A DNA stretch of 64,000 bases, taken from contig OZ253376.1 in the NCBI GenBank assembly GCA_965261005.1, forward strand, positions 64,001 to 128,000, in the 5' to 3' direction. This document shows positions 59,410 through 64,000 of the stretch, one piece after another (the stretch's first letter is position 1; the number at the start of each line of letters is the position of its first letter). Below the pieces are notes generated by a model. That model was not told the origin of the DNA. It saw only the letters and a list, made by a program, of their open reading frames with translations, and did not search any database. Source of the DNA: Deinococcus sp. (GTDB lineage: Bacteria; Deinococcota; Deinococci; Deinococcales; Deinococcaceae). The position numbers were made by a program, and so were the translations under genes.

Positions 59410-60558
59410 GTGCGGAACTGGATCGTCCTGGGCCTGCTGAGCCTGCTTTCCGGCGCCGCCGCCGCGACCTACAAGGTGGGCGTGATCACCTCCATGTCGG
59501 GCAAGTACGCCCAGTTCGGCGCGCAGCAGGCGGCCGGCTACGCGGTCGCCCTCGCCGAACTCAACCGCAAGGGCGGCAACACCTTTGAGATGGTGCTGCG
59601 CGACGACGGCAGCGACGCGGCCAAGGCCGTCTTCGTGGCACAGGAGTTGGCCGACCAAGGCGTGCCACTGATTCTGGGCACCTACGCCAGCGGGGTCACC
59701 AAGGCCGTGGCCGCTTGGGCGGGGAGGGCGCAGGTGCCCTTGGTGGTGGTCACCTCGACTGACGACGCCATCACCAAGCCCGGCAACCCGTGGGTGTTCC
59801 GAATCAACCAACCCTCGGCCGCCTTCGCCGGTGTGGTGCTCGACGTACTGGGCGGCAACGGCGTCAAGACCTTCGCCATGATCAGCGCCAACCAAGTCTT
59901 CGAGCAGGCGGTCCACGACCAGGCCCTCTACCTGGCGCCGGCCAAAAAGCTCGGGGTGGTGGGCGACGAGGTCTACCAGCCGGGCGAGACCGACTTCCGA
60001 CCGGCCCTCACGCGCCTCAAGGCCAAAAACCCCGACGCCCTCTTTTTGATCAGCGCGGGCGACGCGCCCGCCCTGATCAAGCAGGCGCGCGAAATCGGCC
60101 TCAGGCCAAAGTTCTTCGTGGGCGGCGGCGGCGGCTTCGCGCTGGGAAGTTTTCTGGACGGCGCGGCGGGGGCGGCCGAGAACGTCCTGACCGCGACCGC
60201 CTGGACTCCCACCCTGCGCTATCCCGGCACGCAAAAGCTTTACGTCAACTTGCAGGCGGCGCTCTCGACCGGCGTCACCAAGGGCGAGCCGGCCTACCAG
60301 GCCGCCCAAGCCTACGCCGGCATGCTGGTGGCCGGGGACGCCCTCACGCGCGCCGGCGGCGCCGACCGCGCCAAGGTGCGCGCCTCCCTCGACAAGACCG
60401 ACCTCAGCACCGCCTACGGCCCGGTGAAGTTCGAGAACTACAACGGCTACACCAACCAAAACGCTCTCAGCATGATTGTCGCGCAGGTGCGGGACGGCAA
60501 GTTTCGAACGGTCTGGCCAACCACCGTCAACCACCAAAAGATCAATCCGGAGCGTTGA
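59410..60558 (+). CDS. LivJ-like periplasmic binding protein
   Basis: Signal peptide; KVGVITSMSGKYA, TDFRPAL, TAYGPVKF. Confidence 0.88.
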   Translation: MRNWIVLGLLSLLSGAAAATYKVGVITSMSGKYAQFGAQQAAGYAVALAELNRKGGNTFEMVLRDDGSDAAKAVFVAQELADQGVPLILGTYASGVTKAVAAWAGRAQVPLVVVTSTDDAITKPGNPWVFRINQPSAAFAGVVLDVLGGNGVKTFAMISANQVFEQAVHDQALYLAPAKKLGVVGDEVYQPGETDFRPALTRLKAKNPDALFLISAGDAPALIKQAREIGLRPKFFVGGGGGFALGSFLDGAAGAAENVLTATAWTPTLRYPGTQKLYVNLQAALSTGVTKGEPAYQAAQAYAGMLVAGDALTRAGGADRAKVRASLDKTDLSTAYGPVKFENYNGYTNQNALSMIVAQVRDGKFRTVWPTTVNHQKINPER

Positions 60559-60715
60559 TGACCGCCGAAACACCCTCGCGCAACATGGTCAGGAAGCCGG
60601 CCGGGCAGCGCTGAACCCAAACCGAGCGTGACGGCCGAGCGTGCGTTGGCAAGACGGGCAAACGATGAATTCGGTCACCCCCCAACACCTTCCCCGACTG
60701 AAATCAAGGAGCGCC

Positions 60716-62158
60716 ATGAGCACCCTTTACACCGTCATTCTGGACCGCGAGGTGCCGACCGAGTTGCGGCCCGAGCTGATCGAAAAGCTGGAGACGCGCT
60801 TCAAGCTGAATGGCGAGCAGGCGCGCAAGCTGGCAAGCCGCCGGCCGGGGCGACTGCTGAGGCCCACCGGCCAAGCGCGCGCCGAAAGTTTGCTGGGGCT
60901 GTACCAAGCCCTCGGGCTGACCGTTCACTTGGAAGCGGTCGCTGAGGGCGACGCCGAAGTGGCAACCGGCGAGCTGAACGAGCGGTCACAGGCGCCGGCC
61001 GGCGCGGAGACACGGGGCAGGCCAGGCGTGGCCGTGCTTGAGGCGCCCGCCAAGCTGGAGCGCGCCGTGACCGAACCCGCCGCGCCAACCGTGGCGCCCG
61101 CAGAATTGGCGCCGCAAGGTCCGGCGCCCACAGGATCAGCGCCTACAGAGCCAGCGCCCACCGAACAACCCGCGCCAGCACAACCCGCGCTAGGGGCCGG
61201 CGCCGTTCACACGGTCACCTTCACCGGCGAGGAGGTGCTTCCCGAGGAGGTTCCGCTGCCGAGACGCCGCAGTTTGCGCCAGCAGTTGATCCTGACGGCG
61301 GTGGGGCCGCTGCTGGCCGGCGGTTTGCTCAGCGCGGGGGCGATCACGCTGCTGATCAACGCCTCGCAGACCCGCTTGATTCGCGAGGGGGCGAGCGCGC
61401 TGGCGGCCACCATCGGGCAAGGCGTGCAGATCGGCGACGTGAACGCCGTGGACGCGCAGCTGCGCTCGCTGGTGCGCCAGCCCAAGGTCGGCTTCGTCTC
61501 GGTAAAAACGCCGGACGGCCTGACCTTTTTCGCGTCGAAGCACCCGGAAAGCGACTACCTGTTCGGCAGCGAGGTGGACGCCTGGCTGGTGGACCACCCG
61601 CAGGCCGGCCGCTTGGTGACGCGCGAAGTGCCCGCCGGGCGCGCGCAGAGCACCTTGGAAACCCTGAAGTCGAGCGGCGTGACGCTGCCCGGGCTGATCG
61701 CCCGCGCCCGCGCGAGGACAGAGCAACCCGGCGCGGGCGTGCCCGCGACCACTACCTACGAGGTGCAAAACGTCGGCGTGTACCAAGGCCGTGAGGACCG
61801 CGTGGTGGGAGCGGCCACGGCGGTGAGCGGCCCGGCGCCTCTGTTCACCGTGGCGGTGGGCATGGTCAGCAACGACGCGGCGGCGGTGTCGAGAACGGTG
61901 CTGGGCGTGCAGCTGCTGATCGCCCTGCTGATCACGGCCCTCGCCGCTTGGCTGGCCGCGCGCGGCAGCGCCCGCATCGTGCGCCCGATCGAGGCGCTGG
62001 TCGCGCACGCCAACGAGATCAGCCTGGGCAAGCTCGACGTGCCCGTGATCGCCACGCGCAACGACGAGATCGGCGACCTCGCCCGGGCGCTCGAACGCAT
62101 GCGGCTGAGCTTGGAAAGCGCCTTGGCGAGGCTGCGCAAAAGGCGCGGACGGGGTTGA
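60716..62158 (+). CDS. two-TM membrane protein ending in a HAMP domain
   Basis: AAGGAG RBS; Pro/Ala linker, TM1, extracytoplasmic region, TM2, IVRPIEAL...RNDEIGDLARALERMR. Confidence 0.85.
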   Translation: MSTLYTVILDREVPTELRPELIEKLETRFKLNGEQARKLASRRPGRLLRPTGQARAESLLGLYQALGLTVHLEAVAEGDAEVATGELNERSQAPAGAETRGRPGVAVLEAPAKLERAVTEPAAPTVAPAELAPQGPAPTGSAPTEPAPTEQPAPAQPALGAGAVHTVTFTGEEVLPEEVPLPRRRSLRQQLILTAVGPLLAGGLLSAGAITLLINASQTRLIREGASALAATIGQGVQIGDVNAVDAQLRSLVRQPKVGFVSVKTPDGLTFFASKHPESDYLFGSEVDAWLVDHPQAGRLVTREVPAGRAQSTLETLKSSGVTLPGLIARARARTEQPGAGVPATTTYEVQNVGVYQGREDRVVGAATAVSGPAPLFTVAVGMVSNDAAAVSRTVLGVQLLIALLITALAAWLAARGSARIVRPIEALVAHANEISLGKLDVPVIATRNDEIGDLARALERMRLSLESALARLRKRRGRG

Positions 62159-62182
62159 CAGACCTTCCAGTAAAACGGGAAA

Positions 62183-64000
62183 TCAAGCCGGGGAAGCATC
62201 TCCCCCGACGGGGGACAGCCACCCGCGCGTGAGGCGCACGGTCACGCGCACGGGCAAGTCGGCGCTGCTTTGGCCGATCAATAGCTCGAACTCGCCCGCG
62301 TCCGCAACCCAGGCGCCGCGCTTGTCGTCGAAGTACGCCAGCGAGCGCATGTCGAGCTTCAGCTGAACCGTCGCGCTGTCCCCGGCCTCCAGGCTCAGCT
62401 TGGCGTAAGCCTTGAGTTCCTTGTCCGGGCGGGGCAGCGCCGTTTCCCGGTCACGAACGTAGAGTTGCACGACCGTCTGTCCGGCGCGCGTGCCCACGTT
62501 GCGCACGGGAACGTCCACGCTGAGGGTGTCGCCCGGCTCAAGCTCCGTTTGGCTGGGCCGCGCCGCGCCCAACTCGAAGGCCGTGTAGCTCAGCCCGAAG
62601 CCGAAGGGAAACAGCGGCGTGAGCTGCGCGCGGTCCACGTGGCGGTAGCCGGTGAACAGCCCCTCCCGGTACGCGACGCGCCCGTCTTCGCCGGGGTACT
62701 GCACGTCCGGCCGCTCGGGATGCACCGGGTCGTCCCCGGGGCGGGCGGGAAAGGTCTGCGGCAGACGGCCGCCGGGATCCGCCTTGCCCGTCAGCACGTC
62801 CGCGAGGGCGTGCCCGGCCTCTTGCCCCGGAAACCAGCCTTGCAGCGCGGCCCGCACCTCGTCCAGCCACGGCATCAGGACCGGGCCGCCGGTTTGCAGC
62901 AGCACGACCGTGTTGGGGTTGGCCCGCGCGACCGCGCGCACCAATTCGTCCTGGCGGCCGGGCAGCGTCAGGCCCCAGCGGTCCACGCCCTCGGTTTCCC
63001 AATCGCCGTTGCTGCCGACGCACACGACGGCCCAGTCGGCCTGAGCGGCGACGCCGGCCGCTTCCCCCACGCTGCTTTCCGGCAGCGGCCGGCGGAAGCC
63101 GAAGCGCAGCGCGCTGAAGGGCGTGATGCCGACGTCCACCAGCTTCGGCGTGAACTCGATCACGACCGCGTGCTCGCCGGCTTCCAGAAAGCGGCGCGCG
63201 CGCGCCTCGTCGCTGCCGAAGCCGAAGTAGGTGTCGCCGGGTTGGAAGCTTTCCCAACGCTCAATGACCGTCTCGCCGTCCAGCGAAAGACGGCTGAGGC
63301 CGGCGCTCGCCAGGCTGAGGTCGTACTCGCCCGCCTCCGGGATGGTCAGGGCGCCGCTCAGGCGGGCGCGAAAGTCCTCCGGCACGCCGGCGGGCAGGCC
63401 ACCCCACATCACCTCACCGCCGGAACGGTCCTCACGCGCGAGCACGCCCTCCCCGTCCGGCGCGCGGTACTCGACGTGCAGCGGCCCCCCGAAGACCGGC
63501 AGAAAGCGGTCGTTGTCGCAGCCGACGGCGTGGGTGACGTTGGCCTCGCCGAGAGCCGCGCGCAGCCCCTCCAGCGGGGAGACGCGGCGGTGCGCGTTCA
63601 TCTGCGCGCTGCCGCCGCCCATCACCCGCGCCGCCGCCGCGTTCGGGCCGATCACGGCGACCTTGACGCCCGCCGCAAGGGGCAGCGCGCCGCCCGCGTT
63701 CCTCAGCAAGACGGCGCCCTCCGCCCCGGCGCGGCGGATCAGGGCGCGGGTGTCCGGGTACTCCTCGTCGCGCTCAGCGGCCTCCCGCACGTCGCGGGGG
63801 TGCTCGAAGGTGCCGGTGCGCTCCAGCAGGCGCAGCACGTTCCTGGCCGCCACCCGCACGGCGGCGCGGGTGGTCCCGTCCGCCTGGGCCTCTTCCAGCA
63901 GGGTGCGGCGGGCCTGAACCGGGCCGGGCATCTCCAAATCGAGGCCCGCGCGCACGCTCTTCCCGGCCGAGTGGGTGCCGCCCCAATCGCTCATCACCAA
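62183..64000 (-). CDS. GH3 beta-glucosidase with PA14 and FnIII domains, 5' end beyond the window
   Basis: VMSDW, GLDLEMPG, GGGSA, ETEGVDR, PFGFGLSYT. Confidence 0.93.
   Translation of the reverse strand: MVMSDWGGTHSAGKSVRAGLDLEMPGPVQARRTLLEEAQADGTTRAAVRVAARNVLRLLERTGTFEHPRDVREAAERDEEYPDTRALIRRAGAEGAVLLRNAGGALPLAAGVKVAVIGPNAAAARVMGGGSAQMNAHRRVSPLEGLRAALGEANVTHAVGCDNDRFLPVFGGPLHVEYRAPDGEGVLAREDRSGGEVMWGGLPAGVPEDFRARLSGALTIPEAGEYDLSLASAGLSRLSLDGETVIERWESFQPGDTYFGFGSDEARARRFLEAGEHAVVIEFTPKLVDVGITPFSALRFGFRRPLPESSVGEAAGVAAQADWAVVCVGSNGDWETEGVDRWGLTLPGRQDELVRAVARANPNTVVLLQTGGPVLMPWLDEVRAALQGWFPGQEAGHALADVLTGKADPGGRLPQTFPARPGDDPVHPERPDVQYPGEDGRVAYREGLFTGYRHVDRAQLTPLFPFGFGLSYTAFELGAARPSQTELEPGDTLSVDVPVRNVGTRAGQTVVQLYVRDRETALPRPDKELKAYAKLSLEAGDSATVQLKLDMRSLAYFDDKRGAWVADAGEFELLIGQSSADLPVRVTVRLTRGWLSPVGGDASPA

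Noticed and set aside
61070..61195. PAPT/APT-type repeats in the HAMP protein
   Set aside because: Ordinary low-complexity linker.
1..64000. rRNA, tRNA or prophage genes
   Set aside because: None recognised by eye; a covariance-model scan was not possible.

Overview
High-GC bacterial DNA, most likely Deinococcus. This assignment is an inference from leaderless TAnnnT-N6-ATG starts, DUF4157 and TPR-BTAD proteins, and an ATACGGATTC...GAATCCGTAT small repeat. In order: (1) a Pel/galactosaminogalactan-like exopolysaccharide cluster (Agd3-like deacetylase, two epimerases/dehydratases, nucleotidyltransferase, membrane protein, PelF-like GT4, GH114) with two regulators; (2) psuK-psuG and a MarR-GNAT fusion; (3) a caa3-like oxidase operon with an altered K-channel, joined to a gluconate-2-dehydrogenase-like enzyme and a ligand-less cupredoxin; (4) antiporter, oxidases and a Dpp-type importer; (5) a DUF4157 (eCIS-core) putative toxin followed by an array of [near-constant C-terminal fragment + variable immunity-like gene] units; (6) NhaP, an IS5 remnant, MFS and HtrA; (7) a GntR-linked aromatic/ester catabolic cluster with two lesions; (8) a 56-aa secreted propeptide carrying two GRGxGDAGVM repeats, divergent from a TPR-wHTH/BTAD regulator; (9) two orphan binding proteins with a HAMP membrane protein, and a GH3 glucosidase. 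Locus (8) is the best candidate for an undescribed system: peptide signalling analogous to RRNPP quorum sensing. All family calls were made by motif recognition by eye; no searches were run.
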